DNA of 64,000 bases from the human T2T-CHM13v2.0 reference genome, Homo sapiens, in NCBI RefSeq assembly GCF_009914755.1, contig NC_060938.1; one strand, 5' to 3'. The notes under the pieces are model-generated. The model saw only the letters and a list, made by a program, of their open reading frames with translations. It did not search any database and was not told where the DNA came from. Shown here in pieces: positions 1 to 18,399 of this stretch (position 1 is its first letter; every line of letters begins with the position of its first letter). Position numbers and translations under genes: made by a program.

Positions 1-2641
1 AGGCACATTTCCAAACTCATTTTATAAAAACTGCATTACCCCAGTATGAAAGCCAGATAAAGACACTACAAGATTAGAAAACTGTAGGCCAATATTCATG
101 ATAAGCATAGTTGTAAGAAGATGCAACAAAATACTAGCAAACTGAATTCAACAGTATATCAAAAGGATCTTGTCTTGAAATCAAGTGGGAATTTCTCTTG
201 GGATGCAAGAATGGCTCAACTTCTATGAACAAATAAATGCAATATACTACATTAACATAATAAAGGACAAAAACTATTTGATTATCACAATAGACACAGA
301 AAATGCATTTGACACAATTCAACACCCTTTCATGGTGAAAATTCTCAACAAATTAGGAATAGAAAGAATATACTTCAACATAATAAAAGCTATATATGGC
401 AATCCACAGATGACATAAACAACAGTCAAAACTGAAAAGCTCTACTTCTTAGGCAGAAAGAAGACAATGGTGCATACCTTAGACACCTTTGTTTAACATA
501 GTACTAAGAAGTACCAAATCAAGCAATTAGGCAATGAAAAGAAACAAAAGGCATCAATATTGGAACAAAAAAAGCAAAATTATTTGTTTTCAGATGACAT
601 GATCTTATATGTAGAAACCCCTAAAGACTCCACATAAAACTGTTAGCACTAATAGGTGAATATGGTAAAGTTACAGGATACAAAATCAATGTACAAAAAC
701 TGGTAGTGTTTCTAGACACTAACAGTGAACTATACTAAAAGAAATCAGAAAACAATTCTATTTAACACAAATCAAAAATAATAAAACATTTAGAAATGAA
801 CAAGGAGGTTAAAAATCTGTACACTGTAAGCTATGAAACATGGAAACTGAGGGAGACACAAATAAGTGGAAAGTTGTCTTGTGTTCAGTTATTATAGGAA
901 TTTATATTTAAAAACGTTCATACTACCCAAAACAATCTACAGATTCAATGTAATCTGTATCAAAATTCTAATGGCATTCTTCACAGAAATAGAAAGATAT
1001 CCTAAAATTCTTGTGGAACCACCAAAAAACACCAAATAGCTAAAGTCATCCTGAGAAAGAAGAACAAAGCTGGAGGCATCACACTTCCTGATTTCAAATT
1101 ATATTGCAAAGCTATAATAATCAAAAACAATATGATATTGGCATAAAAATACATACAAAGACCAATGGAACAGAATAGAGAAGCCAGATAGAAACCTACA
1201 TATACACTATCAACTTATTTTTGACTAAGGAGCTGAGAATACACATGGGGGAAAAGAGTCTCAACAGTAAATGGTGTTGGGAAAACTGGTTGTCTACAAA
1301 CAAAAGAATGAAGTTGGACTCATATCTTATACCATACAAAAAATCAACTCAAAATGGATTAAAAATTTGAACAAAGGACCTAAAACCATAGAACTCTAAT
1401 AACAGAAAAATAAAGGAAAATGTCCTTCACATTTCCCTTAGCAATATTTTTTTTGTTATGACACCAAAAGCACAGGCAAATAAAAGCAACAATAAGTGGA
1501 ACTACACCAATTTAAAAAGTTTTTTTTCACAGCAAAGGAAACATCAAAAGAATGAGAAGGCAATCTAGGAAATGGGAAAAAATACTTGCAAATCATGTGT
1601 CTAATATGGCATTGACATCCAAAATACATAAGTAATTTATTCAAGTCAATAACAAATAATAATAATCCAGTTTAAAATGGGCAAAGGACTTGAATAGGCA
1701 ATTTTCAAAAGAAGATGTACAAATGATCTATACCTATATAATAAGGTGCTCAACATCACTAATCATCAGAGAAATGCAAATTAAATCTACAAGGAGATAT
1801 CACTTCATACCTGTTAAGGTGGCTATTCTCAGTAGGCCAAAAGATGAGGCATTGGTGAGATTGTGGAAAATGGGGAACCATTGTACACTGTTAGGAAGGT
1901 AAATTGGTAAAGCCGCTATGAAAAACAGTATGAAAGTTACCCCCAAAGTTAAAAGTAGAACAACCATATGATCCAGCAATCCCACCTCTGAGTCTAAATC
2001 TAAAGAGAAAGAAATTACCACTTCTTAAAGATATCTGCACTCCCACATTCATTGTAGCCTTACTTCCAATAGCTAAGATATGGAAACAATCTAAGTGCCC
2101 ATCGACAGATGAGTAGAAAAAGAAAATATAGCTGCATATGTAATGGAATGTTATTTGGCCTTAAAAAATGGAGGTAATCCTGTCATTTCTGAAAATATGG
2201 GTGAACCTGGAGGACATAAGCCAGACACAGAAAACCAATACAGTATGACATCGCTTACATGCAGAATATGAAAAAGTTGAACTCATAGAAACACAGTGTA
2301 GTATGATCATTACCAGAAGCTTGGGGGTGGGGGAAATCAGCAGATGCTGATCAAAGAGTGCATATTTTCATCTATAAGATGAATACATTTTGGAGCTCCA
2401 GTGTACAGCATGGTGACTATAGCTAATAACAATATATTGTATACTTGAAATTTCCTAAAATCTTAACTGTTCCCACCATGCACACACAAAAAAGTAATAT
2501 TGTGTGAGGTGGTGGATATGTTAATCAGCTTGATTGTGTTAAGCATTTCACAATGCATATGTATATTAAATCATCACATTGTAAACCCTGAATACATACA
2601 ATTTTTATTTATCAATCATACCTCAAGAAAGCTGAAAAAAA
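1..2641 (+). mobile_element. LINE-1 (L1MA-type) 3' part: decayed ORF2 (RT/C-terminal region) plus 3' UTR
   Basis: ORF 185..418 reads 'DTENAFDTIQHPFMVKILNKLGIE', matching the L1 RT region. ORF 1690..1902 reads 'MNRQFSKEDVQM...CSTSLIIREMQIK'. The element ends in an L1MA-like tail 'tacaatttttatttatcaatcatacctcaagaaagctgaaaaaa'. Many stops and frameshifts; 5' end lies outside the window. Confidence 0.93.
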
Positions 2642-2699
2642 TAATTCTCAATAGCTACAAATTTTAGGAGAATGCAGAATGAAGACCATATCACTTAAG

Positions 2700-2890
2700 G
2701 GCACGGAATCAGACTAATCTGGGCTCACTCTGGTACTGATCATTGTAAGATATGATTTCTGAACAGGCCCTTAACCTCTCTGCTTTTAACAGTTCTTGAA
2801 ATCTCCTTCACAGGAATGTTATGAGGAATGAAATGAGAATTATATCTATCAAGAACTCGACATAGAGTCAGAGGTAAGTAACTGGTTGTA
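2700..2890 (+). mobile_element. MIR SINE remnant
   Basis: 'ggaatcagactaatctggg...cttaacctctctg...cacaggaatgttatgaggaatgaaatgaga' resembles the MIR core. Confidence 0.55.
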
Positions 2891-3988
2891 ATTCTCATTA
2901 ACAGTAGTAACAGCATCACAAGGTCAGAAAAAAAGTTATAATGCCCTTTTCAGCTTTAAAGTCATCTTTTTTACAGTGCTTTCCACTTGATAGGCCCAGT
3001 GCAAGATGGCCATATCCGGAGGCTCTTAAATTTTAATCACCACTGATGAATTATATTGTGCAGGTACTGTTCTGAAGGCAGCTTTTGGAATGGAGACTAA
3101 ACTTTCACTAGTGGTTGGAAGTGGATAAATTAATTTATCTTTTCATCTTGGGTGAGCCCTTGGAGAAAATCATTATCATAAAACATTGTAAATCTATAGA
3201 CTTGGCAGCTTTTGCCCTGCAGAGTCTCGGGACCTGAGTAAATATGGAGATTTAGAGATTTACTGTCTTTTCCTTTGAAGAGGTGATTTCCCTTGGTAGA
3301 GAAAGATGGACATGGCAATAGAAAAAAAAATCTTGTTTTAACTTTGAACCTGAACCAGCTTTGAAATACATATATCTCTTTACCAAGCTAGCTTTCATAG
3401 CTGCAAAGCCATTTTTATTAAATTACAATATTAAACTTTAGAGCAAAGATGAGCTGTGGGAAAAGATCTTACTCAATATATGCACCTATCATGAATCAAC
3501 CTTTAAAGTCTGCAAATCATTATCAACATTTCCTCTGAGGCCTGGTGAGACAAAGAAACATCATTAGTATACTTCGTCAAGCCAAGAAATTGAAAATTGA
3601 AAATAAAATTAACCATTCAGCCTAGAAGTCAAAGGTTGCATTTGTTTGAAACAAGCAAAAAAGTTTTTAAGAAAATGTATGAGTAAGCTTCTCACAATAA
3701 TTATAAGGATTTTAATATAAATTTATCATGAGGTACACACAATTAAAGTCATTATATATTCTTCATAAATATGTGTCTAAAAGGGGCATTTATTCATCTG
3801 AGAGCATGAATCCTTGAAGTTAATAAATTTTTCACCCGAAATCAATTATACGTGACAGCATATAACAATAAAATAGGCTACAAGCCCAATGGTATTATGT
3901 AAATAGAACAAAAGAAAATAAGAGAAAGTTTTAGAAGCTACATGCTGATTACTGAGAAATGGAAAACATTGTGACTTAAGGTGGGTTG

Positions 3989-4043
3989 GTGTGTGTGTTT
4001 GTGTGTGTGTGTGAATGATAGAAAAAGACTGAGAGAGAGTGAG
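3989..4043. repeat. Interrupted (TG)n followed by short (GA)n microsatellite
   Basis: 'gtgtgtgtgtttgtgtgtgtgtgtg...gagagagagtgaga' read directly. Confidence 0.8.
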
Positions 4044-6356
4044 AAAAGTATATGTGTTTAATAATGATGCAAGCTCTCCACCTCTATTGCTGTTGACTGG
4101 ACAGAGGTCAAACTTTCTTCTTATTCAAAGGGAACTTTCCGCTTTCTTTTGTCTCTCTTTTCATTAGTACCATTGAAAAAATTATTAAACAACTGGTTTA
4201 ACAGGGTAGTAGAATCACTTTCCCTGTGGCACAAGTATAATAATAGAGAATCAATCAAGAAAATATAGGACTTGACAAAAAGAAAGCATATAATCTAATT
4301 ACCAGTATTGGCATTATCTGTAGTGACAGTTTTCAAGAACATAGGCCAGCCAGAATACACACATTGTGCTTTCCAAAGATTATCCAGATAATAATCTATT
4401 ACTTATTTCATTTAACACTATTTAACAAATTCAGTTAGCAAAAGATAGATTACTTAGTGATCCCTTAGATCTGAATGTCCCTGCCTCCCACTGACATTCC
4501 AACTCCTCTCAGAACAGGCTTCTCTCTGAGTATCTAGTATGGCTGTGCTACCCTCCCACTGCTTCTGTTCTTCTAGCTGCTGGTGCCCAATAGCATTTTC
4601 CTTAAAACATCCTAGGAAATAGTGGTTTTATTGTGTCTCCTGAAACTCTCTTGGATAAAATTTCATTTAGCAAGGATGTGCTTATAATCACTATAGTCAC
4701 TTTTGTGATTATAAAACCAACGAATAGGTGTGCAATATACAAAAATCATATTTCACTTTCCATGCTTTACTCCGTTCTTTTTTTTTTTAATCCTGTACTT
4801 TGACGATTTATATCAGCTACAATTCAGAAGAAAAAAATACACACAATTCTCAACAAAGAGCAGCCTGACACTGTGAAAAATAGCAATCACTTTCTACAAA
4901 TATTCTTGTTCCATAAAGTTTTAAAAATATGTTCCTAAAAGTCTGATTACAAGCATGTTAATATCACTGCTTTTAAGAACACAGATTGTGTTTTGTGATA
5001 TTTTTGGGTCATTCAACAAAGAAACGAGAAAATAGTTTATGCATTCATTTTAGCATACATTTATCAGGCATGTTATATAACATACATCTTCTATTGCTAA
5101 AATAGTTGTAAAATTTAAATTTTAATGACTATGACTTTTTCTGTAATGTTATTATAGGATATTTTTAATAAAGTGGATATTGGAAAACTGTAGTCTTTAG
5201 GAGTAAATAAATTTATCATTTGAATGCAGATAGTTCATCTACAAAACGCCAAGGAAAAACAAATTGAACTGTTTATAAATATTACATATACACAAAATAA
5301 AATAATCTCCTTAGAAAGTATTTCAATATCTATTGTAAGCAAAACACTGGAAAATAATCATTAGAAAATGAACACAATCTACATGGGTTTTTTACAACTC
5401 TGCCAATAAATACAGTGAAAATAATCCAGTGAACACCAGAAATAGATCTTCACTACAAGGAATTCTCAATACAAATATATAAAAATAAGGCATTTATTTT
5501 TCACTAGAATCTCCAAGCATACATCTTAGCAAACATTTAGGGCCTAAAGATAAAAGACATGTTACCTCCTTGAGCCAACTGCCTGCATTTCTGGACTTCA
5601 TCAAGTAGGGTTGCTTTATGTGAGCTATGACTTTGGAAAGAACTTGATCATTCCATGTAGATTTTAGTGTGAGGACAAGAAATAAAACTCTTAATAAAAC
5701 AATTAGGAATTTATTAATAGAATGTATTAATACTAACTTCTGGAGTACTTTTTAAAGCCTGTATATTTCTTTATGTTTATGTAAGTAGGAAAAAAAGAGA
5801 GAAAAATACATATTAGGCAGGTTTCTAGAAGTGTGTGAAGGATTCATATCTCCCAGGTTGCCTAAGGAGGATGGGAACTAGGGAGAGTCAGGGGGAGAGT
5901 AGGATATTGACTTCTGTGCTAATCTTTGCATTATTTGGCTATGTATAATGATAATAAATAATGCATTCTCAGGAAAAGTATAAACAATAGTAAATATTCT
6001 TCAAAGTCCTAACCTAATGATTTTCAACTACTATTTTAAACAACAGACTTATTCTCTTATTCTTTGTCTAAGCTTCTTCATCTTCTCTTTTCTTTCTTTT
6101 CCTCCTTGTCATACACTTTTTTTGACAAGTGGATAAATAGAGCCTTATGTAAAACTTTACTATATAAACTACGAAAAAGAAACAAAGCTAATAAGATCAA
6201 AACACATATAAAGGAAGGAAACCAAGTTCTACATATCCATTAAAAACCAATATCTTTATTCTTAACTATAGGGTCTGACCAGGCAATATGCAGAACAATA
6301 GCATTTTGCATAATTCAGTTTTAAAACTGTATCCTTAACTAAAAGAAAAATGTCTG

Positions 6357-6714
6357 TGTATTAGTCTTTTCTCATGCTGCTAATAAAGACATACCCAAGA
6401 CTGGGTATTTTATAAAGGAAAGAGGTTTAATGGACTCACAGTTCCACATGGCTGGGTAGGTCTCACAATCATGGTGGAAGGTAAATGAGGATTAAAGTCA
6501 CATCTTACATGGTGGCAGGCAAGAGAGAACATGCGCAGGGGAATTCCGCTTTATAAAACCATCAAATCTCATGAGACTTATTCACTACCATGAGAACAGT
6601 ATGGGGGACACTGCCCCCATTATTCAATTATATCCACCTGTCCCTTCCCTTGACACATGGGGATTATTACAATTCAAGTTGAGATTTGGGTGGGGACACA
6701 GCCAAACCATATTA
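6357..6714 (-). mobile_element. THE1 (THE1C-like) MaLR solo LTR
   Basis: Runs from 'tgtattagtc...ctaataaagacatacc' to 'gagatttgggtggggacacagccaaaccatatta', ~358 bp, the reverse complement of the THE1 LTR. Confidence 0.92.
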
Positions 6715-7599
6715 GTTGGCAGTGATAAAATTTCAGATACCACTTCAGACCTATAAGATAGTTATGTTAGCAATGCAGTTGCCTACCTACAAACTCAAAT
6801 AATACCATTAAGGCAATGAAAAGTTTTTCCCATTATATCTTTATCTTGGAAATTTCAATATGTTTTTACCTCTGAAGTTAAACATTCCCTACTAGCTACT
6901 TGGTGAACAAAAGCTGTAACTTGAATTCCTAGACAAGGTTGTTCAAAATATTTTGGGAATAATCTTACTTTCCCCAGTTAATAGAAAACACTCTAAAAAT
7001 GATATTCACATGTTTCAGTAAGAAGACTTATTTAGGGCCTTATCAGATCACTTTCTTTTTTATAGAAAACATACTGCCTGACATAATCCAAAATACATTG
7101 AAATGCTGATAATGTGTCCATGCCCTTTGTTCTTCCCTTTGACGTTCATGGTCCCGTTACCTATGTTCCCAGGTGCAGCTGAGTAAATCAGTTCCAAGAC
7201 ATGAATAATCAAGTTTGAAACTGATGCACTTTAATACCTCTGGTGGTTATAACCATCTGTAACTCAGGAGAATGGAGAGTTTGAGGGGAAAAGAAAGGAG
7301 CACAGCATATATCCCCTGTAATATCTCATGCACCTTCTTCTTCTAAAAATAATTTACTTTTTAATCAATGATTTTATGTTTATTTTCGTTACAAATGCAA
7401 TACATGTTCAATGAAGGAAATCTGAACAACAAAGGAAGGCACAAGGAAGGGGAAAAAATCTCTTCTATCCTATCCTCTGAAATAACCTCAGTTAACACAT
7501 TGACTTGCTTACTGAAAATTTTGTTTCCTATTCATACACAAAAATACAAATTCTGTTTTACATAATTATTTTAAAATTCTATTATGGGTATATACTTTC

Positions 7600-7910
7600 T
7601 TAACATTTTAAGCTTTAAATGAGAAACATTTTAATATCATTAAATATAAATATGGTTTTTAAATAGCTTCATTCTATTCCATGATACTGTGATTAACGTA
7701 ATCATTCAACTATTTTTAAGCATTTGGAATTTTCCCATATTTCGCTATTATGAATGGTGCTTGATAAACATCTTTCTATACAGATCTGAGATTACATCTG
7801 ATTATTTTCTTACAATAGATCAGTACAAGTGGATTTAGGAGAACAGATATTTGCATCTTTCAAGGCTTTGGGATGATGCTGTCGAATTACTCGTAAGATT
7901 TTACCATTTT
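7600..7910 (-). mobile_element. Ancient L1 (L1ME-like) 3' remnant
   Basis: 'ttcgctattatgaatggtgcttgataaacatc...gattattttcttacaatagatc...agtgga' resembles antisense L1M 3' sequence. Confidence 0.45.
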
Positions 7911-7986
7911 AAAGTCATGTCAAAGTGTTGTTCCAGAAAAACTTTCTTCTCTGGAATAAAAGATATTTCCTCTCTAAGATATTTGT

Positions 7987-8185
7987 ATTTTTTCTTTCTC
8001 TTCTTCTTCTTTCTTTTTTAAAATAAGAACATCTAACATGAGCTCTACCATTTTAATACATTTTTAAGTGTACAGTACAATATTGTTAACTATATGCATG
8101 TTGTAACTTGATGGGGAGTTGCTGTTTAACTGTATAAACTTTCAGTTATGCAAGATGAATGCATCCTACAGATCTGCTGTAAAAC
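7987..8185 (-). mobile_element. Very short L1MA/L1MB 3' end with an inverted 5' segment
   Basis: A T/CTT-rich tail is followed by an antisense L1 terminus (8020-8106), then a sense-oriented upstream piece 'gggagttgctgtttaa...gatctgctgtaaaac' (8110-8185). Confidence 0.7.
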
Positions 8186-8659
8186 GTCAAAGAATGAATG
8201 TCTTAGCTAATTTACTCACTTTTTTCTCTCTAAGAAGCAGTTCATCTTTATCAATTTTTCTATGACCACCAAAACAAGATATTTTTACATTCCTTCCTTA
8301 AAATTTATGACACTGAGAGTAATGAATTAATCTGATTTTTACCACTCCCCATTACATTTTTACCACTAGAGCCACCTGGAAGAAATTTATTAAAAGGCAT
8401 ACTGAAGAGGTATTACATAGAGATGTTTTAAGGCAAACCAATATATTCTATAAAATTGTAATTTTAATTCCAATTTTTGGCTCACTTTCTTTGAAAAAAA
8501 GTTTTGTCCAGCTTGATGACATTTATCATCTTGAATAATAAAAGTGAAAAATAATCGAAACAATAAAGTTTTTAAAAATACTCTAACAACACAGTACTTA
8601 AATCCATGAAAAGATCACATTGAGTGTACAAGTACAAGAAGCTAGAAAACAATGAAGAG

Positions 8660-11600
8660 TGGAAAGAGCAAAGATAGCAACTAGATGCCGTCAGGAAAAG
8701 CTCCTCCTACTGAGAAAGACCAGACCATCAAGTAGACTGGCACACTCTGAACAGGTCTTCAGAAAGAGGGTATTCAGTGTGGACAGAGGGAGGATGCAGA
8801 TATTGTGCTGAAGTCGGAAGAAATTGGAAGCTGTATAGGAAGCTGACGAGCACCAGGACTCGTTCCTGGCCCCAAGTGGCTCCTAGCAAAGAAGTGAGTG
8901 AAATAGGTGTACGGTGGCCCACTCTCACCATGGACCTCTAGGATTCTGGGTACAGGAAACACTGCACCCCCACGGATATCTAAGCTGGCAAGGAGAACTG
9001 CCAGCTTCTGTCAGTTCTGTCTACAGAACTCCAGCTTGCACAGAGTCCAGAAGGTTTGGCATGGATACAGCTTCAGTGGAGCATGGCCATGGGGACTCAT
9101 CCCTCAAAACTCACCATACTTCTCTGGATGGCTTTTGTCTTTGTGAGCTGTTGGACATGGACAGAGTGGGGCTCTCTTACCTGTGGGAGGGGGCCATCTG
9201 GTCTGAGCATAGCCCTGTCTACCAGTATCGCCCAGGATCTGGGCCTGGTCATACTGGCTTGTAGCACTGCATCAGCTTGCCAATGGCTATCATCATAGCT
9301 CTTTAGCTGGCAAACACTGCCTACGCATTGAGATACATTTGCAGATGGACCCCAGCCAGCATGTACTCACCTGGAACTGTCCTCTACCAGCATACACTCA
9401 CCTGCTGGTATCCCACTGCTGCACACAGGAGAGGGGAGCCATCATCACCCCACTAGGATGTATGCATGTGGGGACCCACTGCCAATCTGCTTGCATGCAA
9501 GCAAGCAGGTACCCCTGCTGCCCCACCAGTGCTCACATGATTGGGGACCAGCCACTACCCCACCAGTGCATATGCATTCAGGAACAAACTGCCTAGTACA
9601 CAAGCAAGCAGCGACCTCAGTTGTCCTGCCAGTGTGTATGCATATGCAGACTCACCATCTGCACAAATGCATGCGAGGACCACTGACATCCTGCCAGAGC
9701 ACACTTGCCAGCAGCCTCCATTGAAATGCTGCTGCCAGAGGACTGGAAACACATTGGCCCCTTCAGCACAGTTGGTGCTTGCCCTTGAGGTGCCAGAGAA
9801 TAAAGCCATAAGCCTGGTCCTAGTACCCCAGAGTTAGAACACACAAGGCCAGGGGTGGTGAGCTGAGCACTGGCCCCTGAACGTATCCAGAAACAAAGCC
9901 AATTGACTCAACCCAACTTTTACCACAGTCAAATTCTCAAGGGCGTCAAAGAATATAATAGCAAGAAGCACCATCTGAAAGACAGTAACTTCAAAGATTA
10001 AAGGAACATCAGCCTACACAGATGAGAAAGAACCAGATTAAGAATTCTGGCAACACTAAAAGCCAGAGTAGCTTCTTACACCCAAAGACCACATTAGCTC
10101 CCAAGCAATGGATTTAAACCAGACTAAAATTGCTGATATGACCAACATGGAATTCAGAATCTGGATGGCAAATAAGCTCATCAGGATACAGGAAAAGGAT
10201 GAAACCCAATCCAAGGAAAACAGAAAAAATGGTCCAAGAGTTGAAAGACAGCATAGCAATTTTAAGAAAAAAATCAAACTGAACTTCTGTAAATGAAAAA
10301 TTTACTACAGGAATTTCAGAATGAAACTGGAAGCATTAATAATAGCATAGACCAAGCTGAAAAAACAATTATAACAAAAACAAACAAACAGAAAACCTCA
10401 GAGCTCAAAGACTAATTCAAAACAATAAAAGCAGAAAAAATAAAGAGAATTTTAAAAATGAACAAAACCTTTGAGAAACACGGGATCATGCAGAGACCAA
10501 ACCTAACACTCATTGGTATTCCTGAGAAAGATGGAGAGATAGCAAGTAACTTGGAATATATATTTATGATATTATAAATAAAATTCCCCACCTTACTAGA
10601 GAAGTTGACATGCAAATTCAGGAAATTCAGAAAATCACTACAAGATACTATACAAGATAACCATCCCTAAGACATATCATCATCAAATTCTCCAAAGTCA
10701 ACACAGAAGAAAATATCTTAAATCCGTTACAGAGAAGGGGAAGGTCACATAAAAAGGGGATCCCCCCATGCTAGCAGCAGACTTTTTATCAGACACCATA
10801 CAAGACAGAAGAGATTGGGAGTCCTATCCACTGAGAAAAGGAATTCCAACCAAGAATTTTATATTCAGCCAAACAAAGCTTTATAAGTGAAGGAGACATA
10901 AATTCATTTTCACACAAGCAAATGCTAAGGGAATTAGTTACCTCTGCCTTACAAGAGGTCCTTAAGGGAGTTTTAAACATGGAAACTAAAGACCATTACC
11001 TGACACCACAAAAATGTAGATACATACATAGCCCACTGATACTACAAGGCAACTGTCTAATCAATATTATATGACTGGCTAAGAGCATAACAGAATCAAA
11101 TCCTCAATTATCAGTATTAACGATGAATATAAATAAGTTAAATACCTCACTTAAAGGACTCAGAGTGGCAAGTTGGATAAAGTAGCAAGAGCCTGTCTTT
11201 ATGCTGTCTTTAAGAGACCCATCTCACATGCAATGACAACTATAGATTCAAAATTAAGGGATAGAGAAATATCTACCCAGCAAACAGAAAATAAATAAAT
11301 AAATAAACAAACAGATGGTGCTAGTCTTATTTCAGAGAAAAGAGACTTTAAACCAAGAATGATCAAAAAGAACAAAGAAGGGCATTACATAATGATAAAG
11401 GTTTCAGTTTGAAAAGAAGATTTAAACTATCCTAAATATATATGCACCAAATACTGGGGCACCCAGACTCATAAATTTTCGTAGAGGCCTATGAAAAGAC
11501 TTGCATAGCAAAACAATAATAGTGGGAGACAACATCTCACTGGCAATGTTAGATTATCAGTGCAGAAAACTAACAAAGAAACGTGGGACCTAAACTCAAC

Positions 11601-12211
11601 ACTTGAACAAACGGAACTAACAGACATCTATAAATACTCTACCCAACAACAGAATATATACTTATCTCATCTCCACTTAGCACATACTCTAAGATTGATC
11701 ACACACTCAGCCATGAAGCAATTCTTAATACATTTTAAAAAAGAAATAATACCAATCATATTCTCCAGTCATAGTACAATAACAATAGAAATCAATACCA
11801 AGAAGATCTCTCAAAGTCATAAAATTATGGCTTTGGAAATAATGGAATAAAAACAATAAAACAGCATGCTCCTGAATGACTTTGTGGTAAAGAATAGAAT
11901 GAACTTAAGACAGAAATCAAAAAATTATTTGAAACTTATGAAAACAAAGACGTAACATACCAGAAACTCTGGGACACAGCTAAAGCAGTGTTAAGAAGGA
12001 AATTTATAGCCTTAAATGACTGTAGCAAGAGGTTATAAAGATCTCAAAGTAACAACCTAACATCACAGTTAGTGGAACTAGAAAGACAAGTACAAACCAA
12101 CCCCTCATCTATTAGAAGGAAAGAAACAGCTAAAATCAGAGCTGAACTGAGCAAAACTGAGATGGGAAAATCCATACAAAATATCAATGAAACCAAAATT
12201 TGCTTTTGAGA
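8660..12211 (+). mobile_element. Old primate L1 (L1PA15/16-L1PB-like), 5' arm: 5' UTR, decayed ORF1 (~10022-11020) and ORF2 endonuclease region
   Basis: GC-richer 5' UTR. ORF1 start 'atgagaaagaaccag...aattctggcaac' and ORF 10108 'MTNMEFRIWMANKL'. ORF2 endonuclease remnants include ORF 11560 'NKETWDLNSTLEQ'. Breaks at 'aatgaaaccaaaatttgcttttgaga'. Confidence 0.88.
9330..9720 (+). repeat. Degenerate tandem array within the L1 5' UTR
   Basis: Recurrent 'tgcatg...acc(c)actgcc...ccag' motifs at roughly 30-35 bp spacing. These explain the cluster of Cys/His/Pro-rich ORFs. Confidence 0.55.
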
Positions 12212-16830
<4,619 letters not shown>

Positions 16831-18350
16831 TTCATATGGAGCTCAAAAGAGCCCCAAAGAGCCCAAATCACCAAGAAATCATTAGCAAAAAGACCAAAGC
16901 AGTAGATGTCATGTTACTTGACTTCAAACTATGCTACAGGGTTACAGTAGCCAAATCAGCATGGTTCTGGTACAAAAACAGACAGACCAATGGAACAGGT
17001 TAGAAATCCCATAAATAAAGCTGCATACCTACAACCATCAGATATTCAACAAAGTTGACAATAACAAGCAATGAAGAAAGAACTCCCTATTCAATAAATG
17101 GTGTGAGGATAATGGGCTAGCCATATACAGAAGATTGAAACTAGACTCCTTCCTTTCACCATTTAATAAAATCAACTCAAGGTGGATTAAAGACTTAAAT
17201 GTGAGACCTAAAAGTATAAAAACCCTAGAAGAAAACCTAGGAAATACCATTGTGGACATAGGCCTTTGCAAAGATTTCAATTTGGAAGTCTCCAAAAGGA
17301 AATGCAACAAAACCAGAAATAGACAAATGGGACATAATTAAACTAAAGAGCATCTCCGTAGAAAAAGAAATTATCAACAGAGTAAACAGACAACCTACAG
17401 AATGAAAGAAAATATTTGCAAACTATGCATCTGACAAAGATCTAATATCTGGACTCTATAAGGAATTTAAATCAATAAGCAAATAATAGCCAACCACATT
17501 TTAAAAAATGGGCAAAGGACATGAACATACTCTTGTCAAAAGAAAATATATACACAGCCAACAAGCACATGTAAAAATGCTCATTATCCTTAATCATTAG
17601 AGACATTCAAGTAAAAACTGTAGTGAGATACCATCTCACACCAGATGGAATGGCTATTTTTTTTTTAAGTTTGAAAATAACAGTTGTTGATGAGATTGAA
17701 GAGAAAAGGGAACACATGTACACTATTGGGGGGAATGTAAATTAGTTCAGGCAGTGTGGAAAACAGTTTGGAGATTTCTCAAAGAACTTAAATCAGAACT
17801 TACCATTTGATCCAGCAATCCCATTAAAGAGTATATATTCAAAGAAATATAATTTGTCCTACCAAAAAGATGCATGCATTTGCATGTTCATTGCAGCACT
17901 ATTCACAATGGCAAAATCATGGGATGAGTCTAGATCCCTATCAAATGTGGATTGAATAAAGATAATGTGGTACATATATACCATAGAATACTACACAGTC
18001 ATGAAAAAAGAATGAAATCATGCCCTTTGAAGCAATATGAATTTAACTGGAGGTCATTATCCTAAACAAATTAATGCAGGAAGAAAAAAACAAATATTGC
18101 ATGATTTCACTTATAAGTGGGAGCTAAACATTGAGTAAACATGACACAAAGAAGAGAAGAGTAGACACTGGATACTACCTGCAGGTGGAGGATGGGAGGA
18201 GGGTGAAGATCAAAAAATGACCTACTAGATATTATGCTCAATATCTAGTGATGAAATTATTTGTAAACCAAACCACAGGGATACAAAATTTACCCATGTA
18301 ACAAATCTGCACGTGTACCTCCTGAAACTAAAATGAAAGATTAAAAAAAT
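16831..18350 (+). mobile_element. L1 3' arm (late ORF2 plus L1PA15/16-like 3' UTR), probably the continuation of 8660-12211
   Basis: Starts at the 'FIWNQKRA' equivalent 'ttcatatggagctcaaaagagccc'. ORF 17135 reads '[24 protein letters not shown]'. Ends 'tgtacctcctgaaactaaaatgaaagattaaaaaaa'. Confidence 0.88.
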
Positions 18351-18399
18351 GAAAGGGAGTAAAAAATCTTAGACATTATGAATAAAATTACTAAAATAC

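Noticed and set aside
3130-3318. Minus-strand 62-aa ORF in unique DNA with nearby pyrimidine tract and AG sites
   Set aside because: No recognisable protein similarity and no convincing matching donor site.
8728-9844. Dense overlapping ORFs suggesting a GC-rich gene or promoter
   Set aside because: Explained by the L1 5' UTR and its internal repeats. CpG-poor, so not a CpG island.
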